This document shows, in pieces, positions 57,012 through 57,257 of a stretch of 57,257 nucleotides of DNA. The first letter of the stretch is position 1; the number at the start of each line of letters is the position of its first letter. Under the pieces are notes generated by a model. The model searched no databases. It had not been told where the DNA came from and saw only the letters and a program-made list of their open reading frames with translations. Position numbers and translations under genes: made by a program. The DNA is from a virus (taxonomy: Duplodnaviria; Caudoviricetes): positions 1-57,257 of the IMG/VR virus record IMGVR_UViG_3300028806_000013; one strand, given 5' to 3'.

Positions 57012-57125
57012 CTAGCTGCGTACGAACTTCCCATAAGACCAAATCACCCAAATGATAACTGGCAGACTCCAAAGAAGTGCAACTAATCCATTCTTTATTT
57101 CTGCTATGACTTTAGCTTTGTTCAT
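57012..57125 (-). CDS. 37-aa hydrophobic protein
   Basis: GAGGAGG RBS; MNKAKVIAEIKNGLVALLWSLPVIIWVIWS... Confidence 0.45.
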   Translation of the reverse strand: MNKAKVIAEIKNGLVALLWSLPVIIWVIWSYGKFVRS

Positions 57126-57257
57126 GCTTGTTCCTCCTCTATTTCTTCTACATCCATTACCTGGCTCGATATTCCGGCGACCATATACTCGTCAAAACCA
57201 TTTTCCTCGTACAATTCGCTTCTATTTTGCCGATAAGCTTTCTCTTTTGCTTCATCT

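Noticed and set aside
56904-57086. 60-aa + strand ORF
   Set aside because: It starts inside the hairpin unit, lacks an RBS and overlaps a better-supported leftward ORF.

Overview
The window is an AT-rich, apparently near-complete genome of a tailed dsDNA phage with a podovirus-like gene set. The rightward virion module (17.5-46.6 kb) encodes portal, GroES-like co-chaperonin, scaffold, major capsid, tail/adaptor/fibre and internal ejection proteins. The large terminase is inverted and separate from the putative small terminase. A Bet/SSB/Lar recombination block, an HTH protein followed by phased palindromes (candidate origin), a VRR-NUC nuclease, a lysis pair and many small early genes are also present. 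I recognised no DNA polymerase, helicase or integrase. A Gammaproteobacterial, possibly Legionellales-like, host is inferred only. The most unusual signals are non-coding. (1) An array at 1087-1700 has nine sequence-diverse hairpins, each followed by a 7-nt AWWAVCT-like tail, with internal sigma70-like promoters. A tenth copy lies at 56899-56931, close to a phage-encoded ProQ/FinO-domain protein, suggesting a phage sRNA arsenal with its own chaperone. (2) Two tandem Y-RNA (Yrl)-like tRNA-mimic elements lie at 11.2-11.5 kb with no Ro60 gene in the window. (3) A lipase domain in the head module is wrapped in the same leader and xxxGG motifs as neighbouring putative virion proteins. All protein family calls are by motif recognition, not database search.
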